Source: Eubacteriales bacterium (lineage in GTDB: Bacteria; Bacillota; Clostridia; Oscillospirales; JAAYXM01). From it: a DNA stretch of 64,000 nt. Every line of letters begins with the position of its first letter. Position 1 is the stretch's first letter. The notes under the pieces are model-generated. The model was not told the DNA's origin and made no database searches. It saw nothing but the letters and a program-made list of their open reading frames with translations. The DNA is taken from contig JAZNAQ010000026.1 in assembly GCA_045586595.1 (NCBI GenBank), positions 48,200 to 112,199 of the forward strand. The letters are read 5' to 3'. This document shows, in pieces, positions 28,948 to 38,715 of the stretch. The position numbers and the translations under genes are program-made.

Positions 28948-29469
28948 ATGAAGAGTGACAAGATAAAAAACATAGCATTTTCTGCTGTGTTTGTCGCAAT
29001 ATCTGTTGTACTTTGTATATTGGCCTCGCTCTTTCCGACAATGTCTGTTACAATTACGGCAGTTGCAGGCGTGGTTTCGGCAGTTGCTCTTATACAGTGC
29101 GGATACAGATATGCGTTAATGGTATATGTAGCGGCTTCATTTTTGAATTTACTTCTTTCTCCTAATAAGGAATGTGCTGTTTATTATATAGTACTTTTTG
29201 GGCACTATCCTTTACTTAAAACGTTCACAGAACGCACAGGCAATAAAACATTGTCTTGGTGTGTAAAGATTGTTGAAGCGAATCTATTGTATGGTATTGT
29301 TTTTTTTATAACCTCGTATATTATCGGAATATATGAAGCAATCGGAATAAAAGAGTTTTTACTCACTGCTGTAATATTTAATATCGCATTTGTGTTATAT
29401 GATATTTGTATTGGCAAATTTATGATGCTTTATATATCAAAACGCTTGAAAAACACGAGATTTCGTTGA
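28948..29469 (+). CDS. Hypothetical multi-pass membrane protein
   Basis: About 5 hydrophobic helices, FGHYPLLK motif; RBS GAGGTG. Confidence 0.75.
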   Translation: MKSDKIKNIAFSAVFVAISVVLCILASLFPTMSVTITAVAGVVSAVALIQCGYRYALMVYVAASFLNLLLSPNKECAVYYIVLFGHYPLLKTFTERTGNKTLSWCVKIVEANLLYGIVFFITSYIIGIYEAIGIKEFLLTAVIFNIAFVLYDICIGKFMMLYISKRLKNTRFR

Positions 29470-29532
29470 CAAACAATGGCTGTAATTGATATAATAATTA
29501 TGTTTAAATTTTAAGAAACAGAGGGGCATATT

Positions 29533-30411
29533 ATGGTAAAAAGTATGACGGGTTATGGCCGCGCATCCGACACGCTTCATATGAGAGGTATAACGGTTGA
29601 GGTAAGGTCTGTAAACCACAGATATCTCGATTGCACGGTAAAAGCTCCGCGTGCATATGCGTTTCTTGACGACGCAGTAAAAACAACTCTTTCCTCAAGT
29701 GTTGCAAGAGGAAAGGTTGATGTCTTTATTACGATTGACAGCTCTAACTCAGAGAATGTTGATGTAAAGCTTAACGAGCCTTTGCTTCGCGGTTATCTTG
29801 AAGTGCTTAAAAAGCTTCAGGAAGAATATGGTATAAACAGCGCGATTTCTGCTTCTGAAGTCATTCGTATACCGGATGTTTTGTCTGTTGAAAAACAAGA
29901 GGACGATGCAGATGAGCTGACTGCGGACGTTTTATCTGTTCTTAAATCAGCGCTTGACGGTCACTCTGAAATGCGAAAGAACGAAGGTGCACGTCTCGCA
30001 GAAGACATGCTTTCAAGGCTTTTGCTAATCGAAAAGCTTGCTGATAAAGTAGAGGTTCGCTCACCCAAATGCGTTGAAGAGTATAGAGAAAAACTTGAAG
30101 CGCGTATGCGCGAAATTTTAGAGTCTGCTACGATTGAACCGCAGCGCATACTTACCGAAGCAGCTATTTTTGCTGACAAGATTGCCGTTAATGAAGAAAT
30201 AGTGCGTCTTCGCAGTCACATTGCGCAGTTCCGTGAAATGCTTCAAAACGGCGGTGCGATAGGCAGAAAACTCGATTTTCTTGTTCAGGAGCTCAACCGA
30301 GAAGTTAATACAATCGGTTCAAAAGCTAATGATTTAGAAGTTACTTCTACAGTTGTTGATATAAAGGCTGAAATTGAAAAAATACGTGAACAGGTTCAGA
30401 ACATCGAATAG
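29533..30411 (+). CDS. yicC: YicC/YloC family endoribonuclease
   Basis: KSMTGYG, RSVNHRYLD, GRKLDFLVQELNREVNTIGSK, EKIREQVQNIE. Confidence 0.95.
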   Translation: MVKSMTGYGRASDTLHMRGITVEVRSVNHRYLDCTVKAPRAYAFLDDAVKTTLSSSVARGKVDVFITIDSSNSENVDVKLNEPLLRGYLEVLKKLQEEYGINSAISASEVIRIPDVLSVEKQEDDADELTADVLSVLKSALDGHSEMRKNEGARLAEDMLSRLLLIEKLADKVEVRSPKCVEEYREKLEARMREILESATIEPQRILTEAAIFADKIAVNEEIVRLRSHIAQFREMLQNGGAIGRKLDFLVQELNREVNTIGSKANDLEVTSTVVDIKAEIEKIREQVQNIE

Positions 30412-30426
30412 AGGAGAGGTTTTGTT

Positions 30427-30705
30427 TTGAAACTTATAAATATTGGCTTTGGCAATATGGTGTCTGCTGAAAGAATAATAACGGTTGTAAGCCCGGATTC
30501 GGCACCTATAAAGAGAATGGTGCAGGAGGCAAAAGAGCGAGGTATGCTTATTGATGCATCCTACGGAAGAAAAACACGAGCCGTAATAATTATGGACAGC
30601 GACCACATAATTCTTTCCGCAATCCTTCCTGTTTCTATTTCAAGCCGAGTTAACGGTAAAGACTCGGCAGATACGCCGGAAGACAGTTCAGAGTATAAAC
30701 AATAA
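30427..30705 (+). CDS. remA: RemA/DUF370 family protein
   Basis: [30 protein letters not shown]; TTG start. Confidence 0.92.
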   Translation: MKLINIGFGNMVSAERIITVVSPDSAPIKRMVQEAKERGMLIDASYGRKTRAVIIMDSDHIILSAILPVSISSRVNGKDSADTPEDSSEYKQ

Positions 30706-30740
30706 CAAACATAAAAATACAAATTTGGAGGAAAAACGCT

Positions 30741-30941
30741 ATGATGTTATATCCCGCTATGAGTGAGCTTTTGAAAGAGGTTAACGGAAGATACCTTCTT
30801 GTTAATCTTGCAGCCCGTCGTGCACGCGAAATTTCTGAGTATGCCGAAGAGCAGGAAATTGAGCTTACTGAAAAATCTGTAAGCCTTGCAATCGACGAGA
30901 TTGCAGAAGGAAAACTGTCTGTAATCCCGGTAGAAGACTAA
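30741..30941 (+). CDS. rpoZ: RNA polymerase omega subunit
   Basis: MLYPAMSELL..RYLLVNLAARRAR..KSVSLAIDEI. Confidence 0.9.
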   Translation: MMLYPAMSELLKEVNGRYLLVNLAARRAREISEYAEEQEIELTEKSVSLAIDEIAEGKLSVIPVED

Positions 30942-30963
30942 TTTTTCTTCGGAGGAAAGTGGT

Positions 30964-33441
30964 TTGAAAAATCGGAAGTTTGCGGCCCATGTCGCCGTTG
31001 AAGCTGCGACATATGCTATTGATAAGCCATACGAATATATTATACCAAGTTCGCTTCAGGAAAAGGTTTTTCCGGGGGTGCGTGTTCGTGTGGGATTTGG
31101 CAGGGGTAACAGACGTACCGAAGGCATGGTTTTGGATATTCACGAGGTTTCAGAGCCTTCTAAAGTACCATTGAAACCGATAATTGATATTATTGACGCC
31201 ACGCCTGTTTTAGACACAAACCTAATAAAACTTGCTCTCTGGCTTCGCGAACAGTGCTTCTGCACGTTTTTTGATGTTGCCCGCGCAATGCTCCCATCCG
31301 GCGTATGGCACAAATTCGAGGTTGCTTATCTACCGAGTGATGGTGTGTTGTTTGAGCAAGCAGAACCTTCTGTTCGTGACTTGGAAAACGGAGCAGAGAT
31401 TTTGAAATGTATTTTTGCATCACCTAAACCATGCAAACAGCGTGATATAATAAAACTGTTTGGGGAAGAAAATGTAAAAAAAGTCACAAACACACTTTTA
31501 AATAAAGGTTATATTTCTGTATCTGAATATATCACAAAAAAAATATCGGACAAGACCGAAAGGCTTGTCCGACTTGGTGTATCAAAAGAGCAAATTAAAG
31601 AGTACATATCAAAAAAAAAGGCGCGCGCATCCGTTTGTGAAGCATTAGAAATGCTTGGCAATATGGGTGCAGTCACTTCAAAGGAGCTTTGCTATTTTGC
31701 AGGAATAACAGCTTCACAGTTAAATACACTCCGAAAAAACGGAATAGTATTATTTGATAGCGTACAGGTTTACAGACGTCCGAGACCTCAGCGTTTTTCA
31801 AAAAAGAAGGATATAGTGCTCAATTCAAACCAGAATGAAGCCTATACCGCCATTGAGTCAACCATAGGCAAAGGGCCTTCATGCTCGCTTCTTCACGGAG
31901 TTACGGGTAGCGGTAAAACTCTTGTGTATTTTAAGCTCATTGAAAAGGTTATTTCAATGGGAAAGACAGCGATTCTGTTGGTGCCCGAAATTTCCTTAAC
32001 GCCACAGCTTTTGGAGCAGGTATATACTTATTTTGGTGAGCGCACCGCAGTAATGCACAGCGCACTTTCTGCTGGCGAGCGTTATGATGAATGGAAGAGA
32101 ATCAGAAACGGTGAGGTTGATGTGGTTGTTGGTACACGCTCTGCCGTTTTTTCACCGCTATCAAATATAGGTATAATTATCCTTGACGAAGAGCAGGAGG
32201 ATACATACAAATCTTCTTCAACGCCGAGATACCATGCCAGAGATGCGGCAAAGTTCAGATGCGTTACAGAATCTGCTGTACTTTTGCTGGGTTCGGCTAC
32301 GCCATCTGTAGAAAGTATGTATTGCGCCAAAATCGGAAAATATAAGTTGCATACAATACCCGAGCGTTTTAACGAGCAACCTTTGCCTGAGGTAATTATT
32401 TCTGACCTCAGAAAATCACTGATGAGCGGAAGCGACCGTGTTATCGGCAAAGAACTAAAAGAAGAACTTGAAAAAAATATAGCAAACAACGAACAGAGCA
32501 TTCTGTTTTTAAATCGTCGAGGCGCGAGTAAGTATGTAGTTTGCGACGATTGCGGCGAGGTTCCGGGATGCCCTAATTGTAGCGTACCGCTTGTCTATCA
32601 TTCTAAAAATTCGCGTCTGATGTGTCATCATTGCGGATATTCTGAACGGGTAGCTGTTGAATGCTCTCATTGTGGGGGAAGAGTAAGGTTTGTCGGGTTC
32701 GGAACACAACGTGTTGAGCAAGAGCTTTCGGAGCTTTTTCCGGGAGTTAAAACCATTAGGATGGATATGGATACTACCTCCGGCAAAACTTCACACGAGC
32801 AGCTCCTCGGTAAGTTCAGAGACGAAAATATACCCATTCTTCTGGGCACACAAATGATTACAAAGGGGCTTAACTTTGAAAATGTAACGCTTGTAGGAGT
32901 TCTTTCGGCAGACCAGGCAATTTTTAGCGAGAACTATAAGGCTTCTGAAAATGCCTTTTCTCTTATTACTCAGGTTGTAGGGCGGTCGGGGAGAGGCTCA
33001 AAAACCGGAAGAGCTGTTATTCAAACATATTCTCCAAATAATTCACTTATAAAATCAGCAGCTATGCAGGACTATGATAAGTTTTTCGAAGACGAGCTGG
33101 CGCTTCGTGAGATTAGAAAGCTTCCGCCGTTTTCGGATATGTTTTCGCTCACTGTCTTGGCTGAGAGCGAAATTGCCGCACTTAACGCCTGCACACTTGT
33201 TCGAGATAAAATACGAGCTGCTTTGAGTGGTGAATATAGTGACATAGATGCGAGGGTTGTAGGGCCTACGCCTGCGTCTATTGTGAAGCTTAATAATAAA
33301 TACAGATACAAGCTTATAATTTGCACCGATAATAATAAGCGCGCAAGAGATTTGATTTCACGCCTTATCCGCGATTTTTCCCGTGATAAGAACAATAAAA
33401 ATATGAGTATAATTCCCGATATAAATTCAATAGATTTTTAG
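30964..33441 (+). CDS. priA: Primosomal protein N'
   Basis: GVTGSGKT, VPEISLTPQ, GTRSAVF, four CxxC, QVVGRSGR. Confidence 0.97.
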   Translation: MKNRKFAAHVAVEAATYAIDKPYEYIIPSSLQEKVFPGVRVRVGFGRGNRRTEGMVLDIHEVSEPSKVPLKPIIDIIDATPVLDTNLIKLALWLREQCFCTFFDVARAMLPSGVWHKFEVAYLPSDGVLFEQAEPSVRDLENGAEILKCIFASPKPCKQRDIIKLFGEENVKKVTNTLLNKGYISVSEYITKKISDKTERLVRLGVSKEQIKEYISKKKARASVCEALEMLGNMGAVTSKELCYFAGITASQLNTLRKNGIVLFDSVQVYRRPRPQRFSKKKDIVLNSNQNEAYTAIESTIGKGPSCSLLHGVTGSGKTLVYFKLIEKVISMGKTAILLVPEISLTPQLLEQVYTYFGERTAVMHSALSAGERYDEWKRIRNGEVDVVVGTRSAVFSPLSNIGIIILDEEQEDTYKSSSTPRYHARDAAKFRCVTESAVLLLGSATPSVESMYCAKIGKYKLHTIPERFNEQPLPEVIISDLRKSLMSGSDRVIGKELKEELEKNIANNEQSILFLNRRGASKYVVCDDCGEVPGCPNCSVPLVYHSKNSRLMCHHCGYSERVAVECSHCGGRVRFVGFGTQRVEQELSELFPGVKTIRMDMDTTSGKTSHEQLLGKFRDENIPILLGTQMITKGLNFENVTLVGVLSADQAIFSENYKASENAFSLITQVVGRSGRGSKTGRAVIQTYSPNNSLIKSAAMQDYDKFFEDELALREIRKLPPFSDMFSLTVLAESEIAALNACTLVRDKIRAALSGEYSDIDARVVGPTPASIVKLNNKYRYKLIICTDNNKRARDLISRLIRDFSRDKNNKNMSIIPDINSIDF

Positions 33442-33454
33442 GAGAGAAATTATT

Positions 33455-33910
33455 ATGGCACTTCGAAATATAATACACGACGGTGACCCTGTCCTCAGAA
33501 AAAAATGCCGTGAGGTTACAGATTTCAATGAACGGCTTCACATTCTGCTTGATGATATGAACGAAACTCTTGTTCATGCAAACGGTGCAGGCCTTGCCGC
33601 GCCTCAGGTCGGTGTTCTCAGGCGTGTTGCAATAGTAAGTGTTGATGACAAATACTATGAACTCATTAATCCTGAGATTATAAAAACCGAGGGCGAGGAA
33701 ACATCGCCGGAGGGATGCCTCAGCATACCGGGTGTGTGCGGTACTGTAAGCCGTCCGTATAAGGTTACGGTAAAAGCTCAGGATAGGTACGGAAAAGAGT
33801 TTATCGCGCGTGGTGAGGGGCTTCTTGCGCGTGCGTTCTGCCATGAGATAGATCATCTGGACGGAATTCTCTTTAAAGACAAGATTATAGAATACTACGA
33901 AGAGGACTAA
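33455..33910 (+). CDS. def: Peptide deformylase
   Basis: GAGLAAPQVG, EGCLS, HEIDHLDG. Confidence 0.97.
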   Translation: MALRNIIHDGDPVLRKKCREVTDFNERLHILLDDMNETLVHANGAGLAAPQVGVLRRVAIVSVDDKYYELINPEIIKTEGEETSPEGCLSIPGVCGTVSRPYKVTVKAQDRYGKEFIARGEGLLARAFCHEIDHLDGILFKDKIIEYYEED

Positions 33911-33911
33911 T

Positions 33912-34835
33912 ATGAAGATTTTATACATGGGAACTCCCGATTTTGCTGTTTTGCCTCTAAAAAAACTAATTGATGGCGGGCATGAGATTGTTGGAGTTAT
34001 CACACGCGAGGACAAACCGAAAGGGCGAGGAATGAAGGTGTTTATGACACCTGTAAAGGAGTTTGCACTAACACTCGACATTCCTGTCTTTCAGCCAAAA
34101 ACATTAAAAGACGGAGCCCTCAAAAACCTTCTTTCTGACCTTAAGCCCGAAATGATAGTTGTTGTAGCTTACGGAAAGATTTTGCCGAAGTATATATTAG
34201 ACTTTCCAAAATACGGCTGTATTAATTTGCATGGTTCTTTGCTTCCTAAGTATCGAGGCTCAGCGCCCATACAGCATGCAGTATTAAACGGCGATAAGGT
34301 CTCCGGCGTAACAACGATGCTTATGAATGAAGGCATGGATACAGGTGACATACTCTTAAAGCAAGAGGTTAAAATTTCTTCAACAGATACTTCAGAAAGC
34401 CTTTTTAATACGCTTTCTGTTGTTGGCGCAGACCTGCTTCTGAGTACGGTAGATGCCGTTGAAAAAGGCGGAATTACTCCTGTGCCTCAGAACGAAGCAG
34501 AAGCAACGTATGCGCCTCCTATAATAAAGGAAAATGCAAAAATTGCTTGGAATGAAACGACTGATACAATCTTAAACTTAATTCGTGGAAGCTTTTCGTG
34601 GCCGATAGCGTTTACCGACAGCGAAATAGGAAGGATAAAGGTCTATGAAGCCATTCGCGGCAACTCATCTGGAAACTCCGGAGAGATAGTTCATCTTTCA
34701 GATACAGGCCTTGAGGTTGCTACCGGAGACGGAAGTATTATTATAACGCGCTTTCAGGTTGAAAGCGGAAAACGCATGACCCCCATCGAATATTTCAGAG
34801 GTCATGCAAGTATATTGGGGACTTACCTCAAATAA
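33912..34835 (+). CDS. fmt: Methionyl-tRNA formyltransferase
   Basis: MGTPDFA, VVAYGKILP, NLHGSLLPKYRGSAP, MDTGD. Confidence 0.97.
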   Translation: MKILYMGTPDFAVLPLKKLIDGGHEIVGVITREDKPKGRGMKVFMTPVKEFALTLDIPVFQPKTLKDGALKNLLSDLKPEMIVVVAYGKILPKYILDFPKYGCINLHGSLLPKYRGSAPIQHAVLNGDKVSGVTTMLMNEGMDTGDILLKQEVKISSTDTSESLFNTLSVVGADLLLSTVDAVEKGGITPVPQNEAEATYAPPIIKENAKIAWNETTDTILNLIRGSFSWPIAFTDSEIGRIKVYEAIRGNSSGNSGEIVHLSDTGLEVATGDGSIIITRFQVESGKRMTPIEYFRGHASILGTYLK

Positions 34836-34859
34836 ACCGGAAAGGTATTTGATGTTTTT

Positions 34860-35567
34860 ATGTGGTTTGGGTATTTTTACGGAATTGATATAACATATAT
34901 CGTTTTGGTTATGCCTGCAATTATCTTTGCGCTTATCATGCAGTCACGGGTAAACAGTGTTTTTAAAAAGTATTCAACTCAACGCAACATGAAATCAATG
35001 ACCGGAGCGCAGGTTGCAGAGCGTGTTTTGTATGCATTCGGTATTTCTAATGTCAAAATTGAGCGCGTGAGCGGCAGTCTTACTGACCACTATGACCCGA
35101 AATCAAACGTTATAAGGCTTTCTGAATCTGTTTATGATTCCACTTCAGTTGCCGCTGCGGGCGTCGCTGCACATGAATGTGGCCATGCTATGCAGTATGC
35201 AAAGGGGTATGGTCCCATAAAACTGCGTAATGCAATAATTCCTGTTTGTCAGATAGGCTCTACACTGTCGATGCCGCTCGTGCTTATAGGTTTTATCTTC
35301 TCGTGGCAGCCTATTGTAAATATAGGTATAATTTTCTTTGCGCTCGCTACTTTTTTTCAGCTTGTAACACTTCCGGTAGAGTTTAATGCATCTCGCAGAG
35401 CACTGGCAGTGCTTGAGAATACGGGTGTTCTTACCGAATCAGAGAATTCTGCGGCAAAGAAGGTGTTGGGTGCGGCGGCAATGACGTATGTTGCGGCACT
35501 TGCGGTTTCGCTCACACAACTTTTACGTCTGATACTTTTGTTTGGCGGAAGAAGGCGAAACGATTGA
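34860..35567 (+). CDS. Zinc metallopeptidase (YugP-like)
   Basis: LTDHYDP, AAHECGHA (HExxH), TLPVEFNAS.RA, AAAMTYVAA. Confidence 0.92.
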   Translation: MWFGYFYGIDITYIVLVMPAIIFALIMQSRVNSVFKKYSTQRNMKSMTGAQVAERVLYAFGISNVKIERVSGSLTDHYDPKSNVIRLSESVYDSTSVAAAGVAAHECGHAMQYAKGYGPIKLRNAIIPVCQIGSTLSMPLVLIGFIFSWQPIVNIGIIFFALATFFQLVTLPVEFNASRRALAVLENTGVLTESENSAAKKVLGAAAMTYVAALAVSLTQLLRLILLFGGRRRND

Positions 35568-36886
35568 AAAAGAAAGATGCAAGAGACGTAGCTGTTTCTG
35601 CAATTACTGCATTTCGCAAGCGCAGTGCGTGGTCTGATGGCTTTTTGAGAAATGAAATACGTTCAAATGACCTTGACCCGAGAGATGCCGCACTTGCCAC
35701 AGAGATTACAAACGGTGTTTTGCAGAATATGCTCCTTCTGAATTATTATATATCACAGTTTTCATCTATTAAGTTAAATAAAATTTCTCCAGGAATACTT
35801 GATATTTTACAAGCAGCAGTTTATCAGATTTTGTTTTTAGACAGAATACCTGATTCTGCCGCTGTAAATGACGCGGTAAACCGAGCAAAGAGGAATAACC
35901 CCCGTGCGGCTGGCTTTGTGAATGCACTTACCAGGCGAATTGCTGCTTCAAAGCAAAGTCTTCCCGAAATCAAGGGTACTCTCAGAGAGGTTTTGTCAAT
36001 AAAATACAGCCATCCGTTGTGGCTTGTTGATGAGCTTATTTCTGCTTACGGTGAAACTGATGCGGAGGCAATACTTAACTATAACAACAAAAGACCAAAA
36101 ACCTCAATTCGCGTTAATACACTGAAAACTACATACAACGACCTTTTAAATTCACAAAATAGTGATGGACTTACGTTTGAAGAGGGTATTATTACTGATT
36201 CTGCTTATATAAACTTTTCAGGCAATATAGAGACGCAAAGAGCGTTTTCTGACGGTCTGTTCTACATCCAGGACACCGCGAGCCAGATTGCTGCGCTCAC
36301 CCTTTCTCCAACCGAAGGTGCAAAGGTACTTGATGCCTGTTCAGCACCCGGAGGAAAGTCATTTCTTATGGCACAGCTTATGAATAACTCCGGCGAGATT
36401 ATTTCCTGTGATGTTTATGAACATAAGCTGAAGCTTATAAATGATGGTGCAAAAAAGCTTGGGATTGATATTATTAAAACAAAACTATGTGATGCTACTG
36501 AGTTTTTAACTGAGTTTGAGAACGGGTTTGATTTTGTTCTTGCGGATGTTCCGTGCTCAGGAATCGGGATTATCCGAAAAAAACCTGATATCCGTTATAA
36601 GAACAACTCTGAACTTATAAACCTGCCTAAACTACAACTTGAAATTCTAAATAACCTTTCTAAGTATGTAAAAGCCGGCGGTGCGCTTGTGTATTCTACC
36701 TGCACAATTCTTCCGCGAGAAAATAGTGATGTCGTTGAAGCTTTTTTAAAGGTTAACAGCGATTTTGTCGAAGAACGAGAATACTTTGATATTGCGCATA
36801 TAGATAATAAATATGGAATTACACTGCTTCCTCACATAAGCAAAACGGACGGCTTTTACATGTGTAAATTGCGGAGGAGAAAATGA
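35564..36886 (+). CDS. rsmB: 16S rRNA m5C967 methyltransferase
   Basis: NusB-like N-domain, DACSAPGGKS, DVPCSGIG, YSTCT. Confidence 0.95.
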   Translation: MKKKDARDVAVSAITAFRKRSAWSDGFLRNEIRSNDLDPRDAALATEITNGVLQNMLLLNYYISQFSSIKLNKISPGILDILQAAVYQILFLDRIPDSAAVNDAVNRAKRNNPRAAGFVNALTRRIAASKQSLPEIKGTLREVLSIKYSHPLWLVDELISAYGETDAEAILNYNNKRPKTSIRVNTLKTTYNDLLNSQNSDGLTFEEGIITDSAYINFSGNIETQRAFSDGLFYIQDTASQIAALTLSPTEGAKVLDACSAPGGKSFLMAQLMNNSGEIISCDVYEHKLKLINDGAKKLGIDIIKTKLCDATEFLTEFENGFDFVLADVPCSGIGIIRKKPDIRYKNNSELINLPKLQLEILNNLSKYVKAGGALVYSTCTILPRENSDVVEAFLKVNSDFVEEREYFDIAHIDNKYGITLLPHISKTDGFYMCKLRRRK

Positions 36887-37908
36887 CCGATATACGCTCA
36901 ATGAGCTTTGACGAGCTTACAAAATATATAATATCAATCGGCCAGCCGAGGTTTCGTTCACAGCAAGTTTTTGCTTGGTTACACAAAGGTATATCAAGTT
37001 TTGATGAGATGAACAATATCCCAAAGTCACTTCGTGAACTTCTTGAGCGCGAGTGTACTTTGAATACTGCCGAGTGCATAAAATGCCAAATTTCAAAAAA
37101 TGACGGAACAAGAAAATACCTGCTCAAATTCAATGACGGCAACTGTGTAGAGTCTGTATTTATGAAATATAACCATGGCAACACAGTGTGCATATCAACT
37201 CAGGTTGGTTGCCGTATGGGGTGCGTTTTTTGTGCATCTACCAAAAACGGCCTTGTAAGAAATCTTCTTCCGTCTGAAATGCTTGCAGAGCTTTTTGCTA
37301 TAATCCGTGACACAGGTGAGAGGATTTCAAACATTGTGCTGATGGGAACAGGCGAGCCGCTGGATAACTACGATAATGTAATTAAGTTTTTACATCTCGT
37401 AAACGATGAGCGTGGTTTAAATATAGGGCTTCGCCATATCTCACTTTCAACATGCGGCTTGTGTGATAAAATTGAAAAGCTCGCAAAAGAGAACCTTCCA
37501 ATTACGCTTTCTGTTTCGCTTCATGCACCTACCGATGAAGCAAGAAGTGCTATAATGCCGGTTAACCGAGCTTATGGTATCAACCGTCTTATAGGTGAAT
37601 GTAAAGCATATTTTGCCGCAACCTCGAGGCGAATATCTTTTGAATATACAATGATAGCGGGGCAGACTGACAGCCCTTCACAGGCACAAGAGCTTGCAAA
37701 GCTTCTTTCTGGGTTTCCGTGTCATGTGAATTTAATCCCGCTAAACAAAATAAAAGAAGGTACACTCTCGCCGAGCAGTACAGAGGCTATTACTAAATTC
37801 AAGTCATGCCTTGAAAAGAGCGGAATTGCCGTTACTGTACGGCGTAGTCTCGGCTCTGATATTGATGCTGCTTGCGGACAGTTGCGCAGAGACCATATTT
37901 CAGAATAA
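36883..37908 (+). CDS. rlmN: 23S rRNA m2A2503 methyltransferase
   Basis: CISTQVGCRMGCVFC, MGTGEPL, DIDAACGQL. Confidence 0.96.
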   Translation: MTDIRSMSFDELTKYIISIGQPRFRSQQVFAWLHKGISSFDEMNNIPKSLRELLERECTLNTAECIKCQISKNDGTRKYLLKFNDGNCVESVFMKYNHGNTVCISTQVGCRMGCVFCASTKNGLVRNLLPSEMLAELFAIIRDTGERISNIVLMGTGEPLDNYDNVIKFLHLVNDERGLNIGLRHISLSTCGLCDKIEKLAKENLPITLSVSLHAPTDEARSAIMPVNRAYGINRLIGECKAYFAATSRRISFEYTMIAGQTDSPSQAQELAKLLSGFPCHVNLIPLNKIKEGTLSPSSTEAITKFKSCLEKSGIAVTVRRSLGSDIDAACGQLRRDHISE

Positions 37909-37966
37909 TATTTCGGCCAAGTCGCCGGCCGATAAAGGTGACATATGTGTTTTAAGGAGATATATT

Positions 37967-38698
37967 ATGTTTGCTTGGGGACAATCCGATATAGGCAGAG
38001 CAAGAAAGGACAACCAGGACTCTTTTGCGTATAGTGTTTCAGATGCCAAAAGGCTTGCTTTTGCTGTTGTTTGCGATGGCATGGGCGGAGCTGCGGCAGG
38101 AAACTTGGCAAGCCAACTTGCTCTTGAGGAGTTTACGGAGTGTATAAGAGGTGCTGATTACAAAAATCTTTCAAACGAACAGCTTTGCACCTTACTTGAA
38201 ACCGCAGTAAGTGCGGCTAATAAAGCAGTTCATGACTGTGCCAAGTCAAAACGCGAGCTTCACGGGATGGGTACCACTCTCGTTGGTGTAGTTGCATCTC
38301 AGACAAAGACTGCAGTTATAAACATAGGTGATAGTCGAGCGTATAAAATAAATTCAGACGGAATAACAAAAATAACACGCGACCACTCACTCGTTGAAGA
38401 TATGGTGAGGATGGGAGAGCTTACTGAAGAACAGGCTCAGGAACACCCGGGTAAAAACCTTATTACACGCGCGGTTGGTACAGATAGCTCTGTCACCGGA
38501 GATGTGTTCTTTCCTGAAATAAAGCAAGGAGATTATATTTTGCTTTGCTCCGACGGATTGTCAAATCTTGTAACAGAGCAGGAGATACTCTATGAAGTGA
38601 TGTATGGAGAAAACTCTGACTGTTGTAGCAGACTTATTGATATAGCAAATGACCGCGGCGGATATGATAATATAACCGTTATATTGCTTGGTTTTTAA
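37967..38698 (+). CDS. stp: PP2C-type Ser/Thr phosphatase Stp1/PrpC
   Basis: NQDS, VCDGMGG, MGTT, IGDSRAY, CSDGL, GGYDNIT; ATG after AAGGAG. Confidence 0.93.
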   Translation: MFAWGQSDIGRARKDNQDSFAYSVSDAKRLAFAVVCDGMGGAAAGNLASQLALEEFTECIRGADYKNLSNEQLCTLLETAVSAANKAVHDCAKSKRELHGMGTTLVGVVASQTKTAVINIGDSRAYKINSDGITKITRDHSLVEDMVRMGELTEEQAQEHPGKNLITRAVGTDSSVTGDVFFPEIKQGDYILLCSDGLSNLVTEQEILYEVMYGENSDCCSRLIDIANDRGGYDNITVILLGF

Positions 38699-38715
38699 TA
38701 AAGGGGGAGAGAAAT

